NCBI GenBank assembly: GCA_964551945.1
Contig: CAZKFH010000001.1
Span: 81,274 to 145,273 of the forward strand
DNA length: 64,000 nucleotides
From: an uncultured Actinomycetes bacterium
GTDB taxonomy: Bacteria; Actinomycetota; UBA4738; CALAEC01
Direction: 5' to 3'
The stretch's first letter is position 1. Each line of letters opens with the position of its first letter. The translations under genes were made by a program, and so were the position numbers. Below the pieces are notes generated by a model. It was not told where the DNA came from. It did not search any database and saw nothing but the letters and a program-made list of their open reading frames with translations. Below, one piece after another: positions 46,341 through 56,122 of this stretch.

Positions 46341-47723
46341 ATGCCCGTGACCCGACGAGACTTCCTGAAGACGAGCGCGGCCGCCGGCGCGCTGCTTCTC
46401 GCCCGGCCGTGGAGCCGCGCCCTCGGAGCCACGCTCGGCTCGGACACGGCCACCGCCGCCTCTCGCACCTCACGGCTGTTCCCCGGGACGACCCTTGTCC
46501 ATGCCGACCTCCACAATCACACCCTGCTCTCGGATGGGGACGGCGACGCCACGCAGGCGTTCATCAAGATGCGGGACGCCGGGCTCGACGTCGCCGCGCT
46601 CACCGACCACTCGACGATCGGCCTGACAGGCGGTACCTGTGTGGGCGGCGAATGCTCGATCGCGGGCATCAACGAGGAGAGCTGGCAGCAACTGAGTGGC
46701 CTCGCCGACGCTGCCAATTCCGACGGATCCTTCGTGGCGATCCGGGGCTTCGAGTGGTCGAGCCCGACCATGGGGCACATGAACGTCTGGTTCTCCGAGA
46801 GGTGGATAGACCCGCTTCACACGGGCGGCGCCAGTACGGGCGAGGGGGCGGCCCAGTTCATGCACCAGGAGATGCCGGGTGGGGATACGTTCAGCGCCGA
46901 GCTGGACGCGCTGGTGCGCCAGTTCCCGAGCAACGGGACGAGCATGCGGGCGTTCTACGAGTGGCTGCGCCAGCCGGCGAGCACGCCAGGCATCGGCGGA
47001 GGCCTCGACGGGATCGCGGGCTTCAATCACCCGGGTCGCGAGCCGGGCCGGTTCGGCTACTTCACGCCCGACAGCAGGCTCGAGGGCCAGGTCGTGAGCC
47101 TCGAGATGATGAACCGCGGCGAGGACTACATCTACGAGGGCACCGACGAGGGATTCCCCTCGCCAATGGTCGACTGCCTGAACAAGGGCTGGCGTGTCGG
47201 TCTCCTCGGCGTCACCGACGAGCACGGGACGAACTGGGGAACGCCGCTCGGCAAGGGACGCGGTGGGATCTGGGTGGACTCGCTCACGCGCAACGGCGTG
47301 AAGGAGGGGATGAAGTCCCGCCGCTTCTTCGCCACCCGGGAACGCGGCCTGCGCATCGACGCTGCCGCGAACGGTGTGCGCATGGGGAGTGTGTTGCCGC
47401 ATTCCTCCGGCACGGTCCGATTCGAGCTCGATATCGACGGGGGATCGTCCTGGTACGGACGGGCGCTCTCGGTGCAGGTGCTCCGCCCCGGCACCCTCAT
47501 GCCGACGGTTGCCCACGTGGAGGCGGTTCGCGTTCCCGTGAGCGAGGGGGCGGGTGCCGAGCCGGTGATCTCCTTCGAGGTCCCTATCAACGCGGCGGAC
47601 GGTGGCTGGGTCGTCCTGCGGGTCACAGACCCCGCGGCGACCGCCGACGGCCGCGCGGATGCGACCTGGCGCGGGTTCGGCAACGCGATCGCCTACGCGA
47701 GCCCGTTCTTCCTGCAGCCCTAA
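46341..47723 (+). CDS. Tat-secreted PHP-domain metallohydrolase (CehA/McbA-like)
   Basis: Twin-arginine signal 'RRDFLKTSAAAGA'; 'HADLHNHTLLSDGDG' PHP metal-binding motif. ATG at 46341 after GAGGAGG. Confidence 0.65.
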   Translation: MPVTRRDFLKTSAAAGALLLARPWSRALGATLGSDTATAASRTSRLFPGTTLVHADLHNHTLLSDGDGDATQAFIKMRDAGLDVAALTDHSTIGLTGGTCVGGECSIAGINEESWQQLSGLADAANSDGSFVAIRGFEWSSPTMGHMNVWFSERWIDPLHTGGASTGEGAAQFMHQEMPGGDTFSAELDALVRQFPSNGTSMRAFYEWLRQPASTPGIGGGLDGIAGFNHPGREPGRFGYFTPDSRLEGQVVSLEMMNRGEDYIYEGTDEGFPSPMVDCLNKGWRVGLLGVTDEHGTNWGTPLGKGRGGIWVDSLTRNGVKEGMKSRRFFATRERGLRIDAAANGVRMGSVLPHSSGTVRFELDIDGGSSWYGRALSVQVLRPGTLMPTVAHVEAVRVPVSEGAGAEPVISFEVPINAADGGWVVLRVTDPAATADGRADATWRGFGNAIAYASPFFLQP

Positions 47724-47829
47724 GCCCCACTCCCCGGCATATCCTCGGCGCATGAACGACGCCGAGCCATACCTCGAGCACAACCGCGCGCTCTGGAACG
47801 AGAGGGCGACGAAGCCGGCTGGCTAGCTG

Positions 47830-48075
47830 TCAAGCGGAGCGGCGGAGGAGCGCCTGCTCGAGCTCTGGGTCCGTTGGCTCGACCAGGATGTCTCCGTCGG
47901 GGAAGACGATCACGGGGATGTTCCTGCGGCCCGACAGCCTGATGGCCTCTTCCTTGGCCTCGGCGTCCACGTCGACATCGATGTACTCATAGTCGGTTCC
48001 CGTGCGGTCGAGCATGCGCTTGGCGCGGAAGCAGTCCCCACACCAGTCGGCGCCGTAGACCTTGATCTCAGTCAT
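47830..48075 (-). CDS. glutaredoxin-like (NrdH/mycoredoxin-like) protein, CGDC active site
   Basis: 81 aa; 'KVYGADWCGDCFRAK' thioredoxin-fold CxxC. Confidence 0.7.
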   Translation of the reverse strand: MTEIKVYGADWCGDCFRAKRMLDRTGTDYEYIDVDVDAEAKEEAIRLSGRRNIPVIVFPDGDILVEPTDPELEQALLRRSA

Positions 48076-48150
48076 CTCCTCTATATGTACCCGCTTTCAG
48101 CCCGAAATCCCTGCTTTCGCTGTGATCAGCCGTCTGGGACAATACGGGCG

Positions 48151-49038
48151 ATGCCAGTATTGCCCGTCCTGCTCGCCAGCGGCCTCCTTGCTGCATCCGG
48201 TCAATCGCTCGCCTCGAGTGAGCAAGCGACGTGTACGTACGACGACCCCTTGAAGACGGTGACCATAACCATCCCCAATACCGAGGAGCCCGCATTCGTT
48301 CTGTTGACGGCTGAGGGTGGGGTCATCTCGTACCAAGAGATCGACTTCGAAACGTTCGAGTTCACCCCGAAGCAGACCTGCGGCGCCGCAACCACGACCA
48401 ACACGGACCTCGTCCGAACCCAGGGTGGGGGACCGAACGGCGCCCTGCTCATCGCCGACGAGACCACCGGACCCTTTGCGCCGGGGTTCACCGCGGAGGG
48501 GACCGGCGTGGCGGAGATTGAGTTCGAGTTCCAGCCCATCGGGGGCGTCATCTTCGGTGGCTCCCCGACACCGGCGGTCGTTCGTCTCGGAACCCTCGGG
48601 GCGAACATCAACGGGGACGACGACGTGGACGTGACGTTGGTAGGGAGCCAGACCACCTTCTTCGGTTCCATCGGGAGTCCCGGCGCGGATGACATCGCCG
48701 CCACCGGTGGGTTCGGGACGGGCGACCCGTCGCCGATCCTGTTTTCCGCCGCGGGGGGAGATGGGAACGATCACCTCGTGGCTGGAACCGGACCCGCGGG
48801 GTTGAACGGGTTCGGCGGAGACGACATCATCGTCGGCGGCCCGGGTGGGGACTCCATCACGGGCGATGCCGGGAACGATCGGGTGAGCGCCGGTCCGGGC
48901 GCGGACGACGTCACGGGCGGTGGCGGCAACGACACCCTTCGTGGAGGGCCCAGCAGGGATCTCTTGAACGGCGGCAGCGGACGCGACAAGTGTGTCGGCG
49001 GCCCCGGCAAGGATCTCGTGACGAAGTGCGAGCGCTGA
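48151..49038 (+). CDS. secreted RTX-type calcium-binding repeat protein
   Basis: Start at ATG 48151 (signal peptide 'MPVLPVLLASGLLAASG'); C-terminal GGxGxD repeats. Confidence 0.7.
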   Translation: MPVLPVLLASGLLAASGQSLASSEQATCTYDDPLKTVTITIPNTEEPAFVLLTAEGGVISYQEIDFETFEFTPKQTCGAATTTNTDLVRTQGGGPNGALLIADETTGPFAPGFTAEGTGVAEIEFEFQPIGGVIFGGSPTPAVVRLGTLGANINGDDDVDVTLVGSQTTFFGSIGSPGADDIAATGGFGTGDPSPILFSAAGGDGNDHLVAGTGPAGLNGFGGDDIIVGGPGGDSITGDAGNDRVSAGPGADDVTGGGGNDTLRGGPSRDLLNGGSGRDKCVGGPGKDLVTKCER

Positions 49039-49039
49039 G

Positions 49040-49663
49040 CTAGGAACGTCTGAAGGCGGCGAGATAGGCGGGGTGCCAGCCTCGCCTCGAGCCCAGCCAC
49101 CGGCGGTGCGGCGCGTACGAGCCCTCGATCTCGACGAGGCCCTGCGACTCGAAGAGCCGTCGTACCTCATTGCCGGAGGGCCGATAGATATGTGTCGGGT
49201 CCTTCGAGTACGCGAACCGGTAGATCGCGCGACTGACCGGGCCGTTGACCGTCGGGAGATGCACCACACACGTCCCTCCGGGGACGAGGGCTCCACGGAT
49301 CGCACCAACCCCCGCGACGGGATCCTGCAGGTGCTCGATGACGTTGATCGCCAGGACGACATCGAAGGGGCGATTGAAGGGGAGTGACCGCTGGATGTCG
49401 GCGGTGACGACGGTGGCACCAGGGACGCGGGATCTCGCTACACCTGCGGCGTGCGCCGAAACGTCGACGCCGGCCAGTCGGCACCGGTTCGCGAAACGCC
49501 TGAGCAGATGGCCGTACCCGCACCCGATGTCGAGGAGAGCGCTCTTTGGCCCCGGCGGGGGTGCGAGGCGTTGCACCAGCTCGACGACGCGATCATCGCG
49601 TGCGCGATCGAACCGGGTTTGCCGCTGACCGCACACGTCGCGGTAGTACGACTCTTCGAACAC
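49040..49663 (-). CDS. class I SAM-dependent methyltransferase
   Basis: 'LLDIGCGYGHLL' motif I. Start tentatively GTG at 49663; the track gives 49747. Confidence 0.65.
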   Translation of the reverse strand: MFEESYYRDVCGQRQTRFDRARDDRVVELVQRLAPPPGPKSALLDIGCGYGHLLRRFANRCRLAGVDVSAHAAGVARSRVPGATVVTADIQRSLPFNRPFDVVLAINVIEHLQDPVAGVGAIRGALVPGGTCVVHLPTVNGPVSRAIYRFAYSKDPTHIYRPSGNEVRRLFESQGLVEIEGSYAPHRRWLGSRRGWHPAYLAAFRRS

Positions 49664-49670
49664 CTGTGCG

Positions 49671-50141
49671 TCAGGCGACCGTGAACTCCCCGCGCATACC
49701 GAGGAACGCGTGCGGCGTGCCGTCCGGAGCCTCCACGAAGCACACATACCCGAACCTGCCGGGAACCAGAGCCGCGGCGAACTCCGCTGACTCGCCGGGT
49801 TGGGCCTCGACGCGATTCACAGCTTGCGTGAGCTTGCCGATCTCTTTCTCCGGGAGCTCGATGATCTCCTCGATGCTCTGCGGACCTGTGATGTACGCGA
49901 GATACAGCTCGTGCGGCTCCTCGCCGGTGTTCTCGAGGACAAAGGTGTACTCGCCTTCGGCGACCGTAGCGGGCGCCAACTGGAACTCGTACTCGACTGC
50001 AGTGATCGGGATCTCGTCACCGATACCGCCGCCGAGAGTCTGCTCCTCGACCGGCTGCCCGGGCCGGGCATCGATCGTCGGGTCGTCCTGCGCGCACGCT
50101 CCGAGGACCAGGGTGAGCGTGACCAGGAACAGCCGCCTCAC
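49671..50141 (-). CDS. cupredoxin-like lipoprotein (possible type-1 copper site Cys…His…Met)
   Basis: Lipobox 'LVLGAC'; 'HELYL…GYVCFVEAPDGTPHAFLGM'. Start overlaps the upstream EF-G-like stop. Confidence 0.45.
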   Translation of the reverse strand: MRRLFLVTLTLVLGACAQDDPTIDARPGQPVEEQTLGGGIGDEIPITAVEYEFQLAPATVAEGEYTFVLENTGEEPHELYLAYITGPQSIEEIIELPEKEIGKLTQAVNRVEAQPGESAEFAAALVPGRFGYVCFVEAPDGTPHAFLGMRGEFTVA

Positions 50142-52222
50142 TTATGCGCCTCTTCCTTCTCCTTCTGGGACTCGGCGATCACCTTGTCGGCGAGGTGCGA
50201 GGGCACTTCCTCGTAGTGCGAGAACGTCATGGTGAACACGCCGCGCCCTCCGGTGATCGAGCGTAGGTCGATCGAGTAGCGCGTCAGCTCCGACTGGGGG
50301 ACCTGCGCGAAGACCCGCGTCTTGCCCGTGCCGGTCGGGTTCATCCCCGACACGCGCCCGCGTTTCGTGTTGAGGTCGCCGATCACATCACCGGTCATCG
50401 AGTCGGGGACGAGAACGTCGAGGTCCATAACGGGCTCGAGGAGCACGACGCCCGACTTCTGCACGGCCTCCTTGATCCCGATCGAGCCGGCGATCTGGAA
50501 CGCCATGTCGGACGAGTCCACGGTGTGAAACTTTCCGTCGTGAAGGGTCACGCGCAGGTCGACCATCTGGTGGCCGGTCGTCCCTTCCTCCATCGCCTTG
50601 CGGATGCCCTTCTCCACCGACGGGATGAACTGGCTCGGGATCGCGCCGCCGTGGATCTTGTTGATGTACTCGAAGCCGCCGCCTCGCTCGAGCGGCTCGA
50701 CCTTCATGTGCGCAACGGCGTACTGGCCGTGGCCCCCGCTCTGCTTCACGTGGCGCCCGATCGCCTCCACCGCCGAGCGGATCGTCTCCTTGTACGGGAC
50801 GCGCGCGGGGTGGCTGATGACCTCCACGCCGAACTTGCGCAGCATCCGCTCCGCCATCACGTCGAGGTGCGCCTCGCCCATGCCGTACATCACGGTCTCG
50901 TGGGTGTCTGCTTTTCGCTCGACGCGGAACGTCGGATCCTCTTCCTGCAGCCGGTGGTACGCGGTGGAGAGCTTGTCCTCGTCGCCCTTCGTCTTCGGCT
51001 CCACCGCGACCGCGTGGAGCGGCTCCGGCAGCTCGAGCGCGGCGACCGTCACCGGTGCCGATTTCTCCGAGAACGTGTCGCCCGTGTGCGTGCCCGACAG
51101 CTTGGCAACCGCACCGATGTCGCCGGCCGGCACCTCCGCCACGTTCTCGTGTTCCTTGCCGCGCATCGTGAAGAGCTGATGAACACGCTCGTCGGAGTTC
51201 TGCGTGGCGTTGTGCACCGTCGTGTCGGGACGGAGCTTGCCGGAATAGACGCGGAACAGGTTGATGCGACCGACGTAGGGATCGGAGACGGTCTTGAAGA
51301 CGAACGCGGCCAGGGGCCCGTTCGGATCGTTGGGAAGCTCCTGCTCCTCGCCCTCCTTCGTCATCGCCTTGGCGGGCGGCCGGTCGAGCGGCGAGGGGAA
51401 CTCGTCCACGATCAGGTCCGCGAGCCGGTCGACCCCAATCCCCTTGGAGGCGGCGCCGACGAGAACCGGCGCGATCCTGGCCTCAGCGAGTCCACCGCGG
51501 ATCCCCTTGACGATGTCCTCCTCGGGCAGCTCTCCTTCTTCCAGGTAGCGCTCGAGGAGCGCGTCGTCGGACTCCGCGACGGACTCGGCCAGCTTCTCTC
51601 GAAGCGGGTCGGCCTGGTTGTGTAGCTCCTCGGGCCAGTCGCTCTCCTGGCCCTTCGGGCCCGATGGGTAGCGGTACGCCTTGTTGGTGAGGAAGTCGAC
51701 CACGCCTTCGAAGCCGTGCTCCTCGCCGATGGGGAACTGGAGCGGTGCGACCTGGGTGCCGAACGACTGCACGAGCTGGTCGAGCGTCCGCTGGAACGAG
51801 GCGCGCTCCCGATCCATCTTGTTGATGAAGAACGCGCGCGGGAGGTTGTGCTCGACCGCGAGCTCCCAGACGACCTCGTGCTGCACTTCCACGCCGTCCA
51901 CGGCAGAGACCACGAACAGGCAGGCATCCACGGCGCGGAGCGCGGCGCGCACATCGCCGATGAAGTCCGCATACCCGGGGGCGTCGAGGATGTTCAGCTT
52001 GTTGTTGCGCCACTCGATGGGGGTCAAGGCGAGGGAGACGCTGATCTGTCGCTTGACCTCTTCGGGCTCGAAATCGCTGACGGTATTGCCGTCCTCGACG
52101 GTTCCCATCCGGGTGGTCACACCCCCCAGGAACTGAAGGGCTTCGGCGAGCGTCGTCTTGCCGCTCCCTCCGTGGCCGACGAGCAGGACGTTGCGGATGT
52201 TGCCGGCTTCGTAGGTGTTCAA
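50138..52222 (-). CDS. elongation factor G paralog (EF-G2-like translational GTPase)
   Basis: 'VGHGGSGKTTL', 'DAPG', 'NKMD' G-motifs and full five-domain EF-G architecture; 694 aa. Confidence 0.85.
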   Translation of the reverse strand: MNTYEAGNIRNVLLVGHGGSGKTTLAEALQFLGGVTTRMGTVEDGNTVSDFEPEEVKRQISVSLALTPIEWRNNKLNILDAPGYADFIGDVRAALRAVDACLFVVSAVDGVEVQHEVVWELAVEHNLPRAFFINKMDRERASFQRTLDQLVQSFGTQVAPLQFPIGEEHGFEGVVDFLTNKAYRYPSGPKGQESDWPEELHNQADPLREKLAESVAESDDALLERYLEEGELPEEDIVKGIRGGLAEARIAPVLVGAASKGIGVDRLADLIVDEFPSPLDRPPAKAMTKEGEEQELPNDPNGPLAAFVFKTVSDPYVGRINLFRVYSGKLRPDTTVHNATQNSDERVHQLFTMRGKEHENVAEVPAGDIGAVAKLSGTHTGDTFSEKSAPVTVAALELPEPLHAVAVEPKTKGDEDKLSTAYHRLQEEDPTFRVERKADTHETVMYGMGEAHLDVMAERMLRKFGVEVISHPARVPYKETIRSAVEAIGRHVKQSGGHGQYAVAHMKVEPLERGGGFEYINKIHGGAIPSQFIPSVEKGIRKAMEEGTTGHQMVDLRVTLHDGKFHTVDSSDMAFQIAGSIGIKEAVQKSGVVLLEPVMDLDVLVPDSMTGDVIGDLNTKRGRVSGMNPTGTGKTRVFAQVPQSELTRYSIDLRSITGGRGVFTMTFSHYEEVPSHLADKVIAESQKEKEEAHK

Positions 52223-52268
52223 GGCTCGGCTCCCCGGGTCGGTGGGAGCCGATTATAGAGTTCCCTCG

Positions 52269-52796
52269 ATGAAGCGCTTCTTGCCCCCTGCCGCTTCGGC
52301 CGTCCCGTGGCTCCTCGGGGTGTCCGTGACGGCCTCCGTAGCCGCGGCGATCCTGATCGTCTCGGGTCGCCTCCTGGCAGGGGGAGTGGTCGGGGGGGTC
52401 GCGGTGGCTGCCTCGATCGTTGCGGGTCTGGGCGCGAAGCGCTCGGGGACGGCCAGGCTGGTCTTCGCAGACCATGCCGTCGAGCGCGTCCTGGAGGCGT
52501 CGCTGTTCGGATCAGTGGCGTGGGCCGCGATGCCCTCCGACCCGTGGACCGCCGGCGCCGCGCTGACCGCTCTCGTGGCGTCCTACCTCGCGTCGTATCT
52601 CACGGCAAAGGCGATCGGCCTGGGTTTCGAGGTGCACGAGCGCCTCCCGTACCGATCCGTTCGGCCGCTCCTCGGAGTCCTCGGACTGTTGATCCCCGAG
52701 ATCCTCGACATCGCGTTATGGGCGGCCGCCGTCATCTCGCTGGAGCCGGTGGTGCGCCACGGCACGTCGGTCGCTCGCCAACGGGAGCCCGAATGA
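52269..52796 (+). CDS. integral membrane protein at the position of pgsA1 (PI-phosphate synthase); the CDP-alcohol phosphatidyltransferase motif is not recognisable
   Basis: 5 TM, 175 aa, ATGA overlap with the patA-like gene. Lacks the DGxxAR…GxxxGxxxDxxxD signature. Confidence 0.4.
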   Translation: MKRFLPPAASAVPWLLGVSVTASVAAAILIVSGRLLAGGVVGGVAVAASIVAGLGAKRSGTARLVFADHAVERVLEASLFGSVAWAAMPSDPWTAGAALTALVASYLASYLTAKAIGLGFEVHERLPYRSVRPLLGVLGLLIPEILDIALWAAAVISLEPVVRHGTSVARQREPE

Positions 52797-53746
52797 GCGT
52801 GCCGCCGGAGACGCTCAAGGAGCGCATCGCGTACTCCGCGTTCGCCACGATGGAGCGCCTCGCGATGGCGCTGCCGGAGTCGATCGGGCGCCCACTCTTC
52901 GAGGAGCTGTCGGGGGCCGCGTTCCACGTCGCCGCCAAAGCGCGCCGCGTGGTCGCCGGCAACCTCTCCCGCGTGTTGGGTCGGGCACCGGGATCGCCGC
53001 TGGTTCAGGCGGCGACGAAGGAGGCGTTCCGTTCGTACGGCCGCTACTGGTTCGACACGTTCCATGCTCGAGTGATCCCGCCCGAGGAGCTGGCGCGGCG
53101 GCAGGTCTTCATCGGACGCGAGCATCTCGAGCGAGCCTTCGAGAAGGGTGGCGGCCTCGTGCTCGCGCTTCCGCATCTCGGGAACTGGGACACGGCCGGA
53201 GCCTGGGTGCCGCTGCAGGGCTGGGGGATCACCGCCGTCGCGGAGCTGCTGCGCCCCGAGCGTCTGTACGACCTATTCCTCAACCACCGCCGGTCGCTCG
53301 GGTTGGGCGTGCTCGGCCTCGCCGACGATCGCAAGGTTGCGGAGGAGTGCATCCGCTTGCTGTCGGAGAACGAGCTGATCGCGCTCGTCGCCGACCGCGA
53401 CCTGCAGGGGAACGGCGTCGTGGTCGAGATGTTCGGCGAGGAGCGGCGCATGCCGGCAGGCCCGGCATTGCTCTCGCTCGCGACGGGCTGTCCGCTGATG
53501 TCGGCCGCGTGCTACGACACCGCGGACGGTTGGGTGACGTACATCTCCGCGCCGATCGAGATCGAGAGGACCGACAGCCTGCGTGACGACGTCACCACGG
53601 TGACCCGCATCCTTGCCGAGCACTTCGAGCGAGCGATCGGCGCCGCACCCACCCAGTGGCACATGTTCCAGCCGGCGTGGGAGGAGCCGGCCGACGTCGG
53701 CAAGCCCGCGTCTGCGGCCGCCGCGGCGGGTGCCGCGGCTCCATGA
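52793..53746 (+). CDS. patA: lysophospholipid/PIM acyltransferase (HtrB/PatA-like LPLAT family)
   Basis: 'LALPHLGNWD' acyltransferase HX4D-equivalent region and LPLAT pattern; gene-order match to actinobacterial patA-pimA. Confidence 0.7.
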   Translation: MSVPPETLKERIAYSAFATMERLAMALPESIGRPLFEELSGAAFHVAAKARRVVAGNLSRVLGRAPGSPLVQAATKEAFRSYGRYWFDTFHARVIPPEELARRQVFIGREHLERAFEKGGGLVLALPHLGNWDTAGAWVPLQGWGITAVAELLRPERLYDLFLNHRRSLGLGVLGLADDRKVAEECIRLLSENELIALVADRDLQGNGVVVEMFGEERRMPAGPALLSLATGCPLMSAACYDTADGWVTYISAPIEIERTDSLRDDVTTVTRILAEHFERAIGAAPTQWHMFQPAWEEPADVGKPASAAAAAGAAAP

Positions 53747-54843
53747 AGATCCTCCTCGCCTGCCCGTACGCCTGGGACGCGCCGGGAGGCGTGCAGGTCC
53801 ACGTCGGTCAGCTGGCCGCGAGACTTCGAGACAAGGGACACGAGGTGCTCGTCCTCGCGCCATCGTCGTCACGTCCCGCCGAGCCATTCGTGCGTGTGAC
53901 AGGACGCCCGATCAGGGTTTCGTACAACCAGTCGGTCGCGCCGATCGCTCCGACCCCCCGTGCCTATCGCTCGACGCGGGTCGAGGTCGCGAGGTTCCGA
54001 CCCGATGTCGTGCACGTGCACGAGCCGTTCGTGCCGGGTCCCTCGATGTTCGCCGCGATGTCTTCGCACGCGCCCGTCGTCGCGACGTTCCATGCGTACG
54101 CTGATCGGTCGCGACTCTTGTCACTCGCCGCTCCCGCCCTGCGGAAGGTCTGGGGGCGACTTTCGATCCGGATCGCCGTCTCACAGGCGGCCGCGGACTT
54201 CGTCGGCGGGCCGATGGGGGAGAGGAATGTGTTGCGCATCGTTCCGAACGGAGCCGATGTCGAGCTGTTCGCGTCCGCACAGCCGGCGCAGCTACCGGAA
54301 GGCCGGCGGATCCTGTTCGTGAACCGTCTCGATCCTCGGAAAGGGTTCCGCGTGATGGTTGAGGCCTTCCGCGAGCTTGCGTCCGAACGTTCGGACGCCA
54401 TCCTGGTGGTGGCGGGCGACGGCGCCGAGCGAACCGCCCTGCGCGAGCTGCCGATCGAGACGCGCTCGCGCGTCGTCATGCTCGGGAACGTTCCGCACGA
54501 GGAGCTGCCGCAGTACCACGCGGCCGCGGAGGTGTTCTGCGCGCCCGCCACCGGTCGGGAGTCGTTCGGCATCGTCCTGGTCGAGGCGATGGCCGCCGGA
54601 CTCCCGGTCATCGCCACCGACATCCCCGGATACCGGGAGGTCGTCCGCAGCGATATCGAGGGGATCCTGGTTCCGCCTCGAGATGCCGGCGCGTTGGCCG
54701 CCTCGCTCGCTCGGTTGCTGGACGATGCGGATCTCGCGAAGCGTCTGGGCGAGGCCGGCCGCCAGCGCGCGCAGCGCTACTCCTGGGACAGGGTCGCCGC
54801 CGAGATCGAGGATATCTACCGAGAGGCCAAGAGCCGGTCTTAA
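53743..54843 (+). CDS. pimA: GT4 family glycosyltransferase, phosphatidylinositol alpha-mannosyltransferase-like
   Basis: 'EAMAAGLPVIATDIPGYREVV' EX7E GT-B motif; ATGA overlap with patA. Confidence 0.75.
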   Translation: MKILLACPYAWDAPGGVQVHVGQLAARLRDKGHEVLVLAPSSSRPAEPFVRVTGRPIRVSYNQSVAPIAPTPRAYRSTRVEVARFRPDVVHVHEPFVPGPSMFAAMSSHAPVVATFHAYADRSRLLSLAAPALRKVWGRLSIRIAVSQAAADFVGGPMGERNVLRIVPNGADVELFASAQPAQLPEGRRILFVNRLDPRKGFRVMVEAFRELASERSDAILVVAGDGAERTALRELPIETRSRVVMLGNVPHEELPQYHAAAEVFCAPATGRESFGIVLVEAMAAGLPVIATDIPGYREVVRSDIEGILVPPRDAGALAASLARLLDDADLAKRLGEAGRQRAQRYSWDRVAAEIEDIYREAKSRS

Positions 54844-55265
54844 CCGGCTTTGCGCTGCTTGCGGCAGCGAGCGCAGAGCCCGTACACGTCGGCGCGATGC
54901 CCGGTCACTCGGAACCCCCGTGGCTTCGCGACCGCGGCCGCCCAGTCCTCGACCTCGCACGACGGGATCGAGACGACCTGGCCGCATCGCTCACAGATGA
55001 GATGGTGGTGGTGCACGACCTCGCACAGCTTGTAGCCGAGCTCGCCAGGCTCGGCATCGAACGTCTCGGCCGTGCCGGCCTCCGCGAGCGCACGCAGGGT
55101 TCGGTACACGGTCGCCAAACCGGGTGCGCCCCGGCCGCGCAGCTCGTCGTGGAGGTTCTGCGCGGTGACCGGGCGGTCCTTCTTCTCGAGCGCCTCGATG
55201 ATCGCCACGCGCTGCGGGGTTGGACGAAGGCCCGAGTCGCGTGCGAGCGTCGCGGCGTCGCTCAT
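54840..55265 (-). CDS. zur: Fur family transcriptional regulator, zinc uptake regulator-like
   Basis: 'HHHHLICERCG…CARC' metal sites, N-terminal wHTH. Last gene of the znu operon with a 4-nt overlap. Confidence 0.8.
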   Translation of the reverse strand: MSDAATLARDSGLRPTPQRVAIIEALEKKDRPVTAQNLHDELRGRGAPGLATVYRTLRALAEAGTAETFDAEPGELGYKLCEVVHHHHLICERCGQVVSIPSCEVEDWAAAVAKPRGFRVTGHRADVYGLCARCRKQRKAG

Positions 55266-56122
55266 GCGCTCTTCCGGGGTCGGTGGGCGACGGCCGTGCG
55301 CCGCCCGATCGCGGCGAACACGACGAACGCGAGGATCGACGTGAGGACGATCGTGCCGCCGGGAACGAGCTCCCCGTGTGCGGCCGCGATGAACAGGCCG
55401 AGCAACGCAGAGGTGCCACCGACGACAACTGCCCAGCCGAGCGTCGCTCGGAACGAGTGAGCCACCTTCGATCCCGCCGCCACGGGCACGATCATCAGCG
55501 CGGCAACCAGTAACAATCCGACCACCCGCATCCCGCCGACGACGAGCAATGCCGTCAGACCGACGAGCAGCAGGTTCAGCATGTCGACCGGCAGCCCCGC
55601 GGCGCGCGCGGTCTCCTCGTCGAGCGCGACCGCAAGCAGCGGCCGGTAGAGCAGAAGGATCGCGGCAACGACCGCCACGCCAAGAACGGCGATCAACAAG
55701 ACGTCGCTCCATGCCATCGAGAACAGCGACCCGAACAGGATGCCCAACGCCGAGGTGTTGAAGCGTCCCGCCAGGCTGAGCCCGACCGCACCCACTGCGA
55801 TCCCCAAGTAGAAGAGGAGCGCAAGAGAGAGGTCACCCGTGAGTCTTCCTCGTACCCGCAACGCTTCGAGGAGGATGGCGCCGAGCAGCGCCACGATCAG
55901 CGCCCCCCAGACGCCCGAGAACCCGACGAGCGCACCGAGCGCGACGCCGGCGAGCGCGAGGTGCCCAACCCCATCGCCGACGAGGGAGAGGCGCCGTTGG
56001 ACGAGGAAGGCGCCGACGAACGGAGCCACCAGGCCGATAAGGATCGCGGCCACGAGAGCGCGCTGCCCGAACTCTTGGGTGAATAGGAGAAAGAAACGTG
56101 ATGCGGAGCCGACGTCCGTCAT
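55262..56122 (-). CDS. znuB: metal ABC transporter permease
   Basis: 8 TM; ABC-3 family pattern. Confidence 0.8.
   Translation of the reverse strand: MTDVGSASRFFLLFTQEFGQRALVAAILIGLVAPFVGAFLVQRRLSLVGDGVGHLALAGVALGALVGFSGVWGALIVALLGAILLEALRVRGRLTGDLSLALLFYLGIAVGAVGLSLAGRFNTSALGILFGSLFSMAWSDVLLIAVLGVAVVAAILLLYRPLLAVALDEETARAAGLPVDMLNLLLVGLTALLVVGGMRVVGLLLVAALMIVPVAAGSKVAHSFRATLGWAVVVGGTSALLGLFIAAAHGELVPGGTIVLTSILAFVVFAAIGRRTAVAHRPRKSA

Noticed and set aside
45708-47755. Long overlapping ORFs (45708-47723 and 46094-47755)
   Set aside because: The true gene is the Tat-signal PHP protein starting at 46341. Upstream extension and the +1 frame are GC-frame artefacts.
47724-47829. Small ORF 'MNDAEPYLEHNRALWNERATKPAG' between convergent genes
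   Set aside because: 25 aa, no RBS or conservation evidence; probably a non-coding spacer or terminator region.
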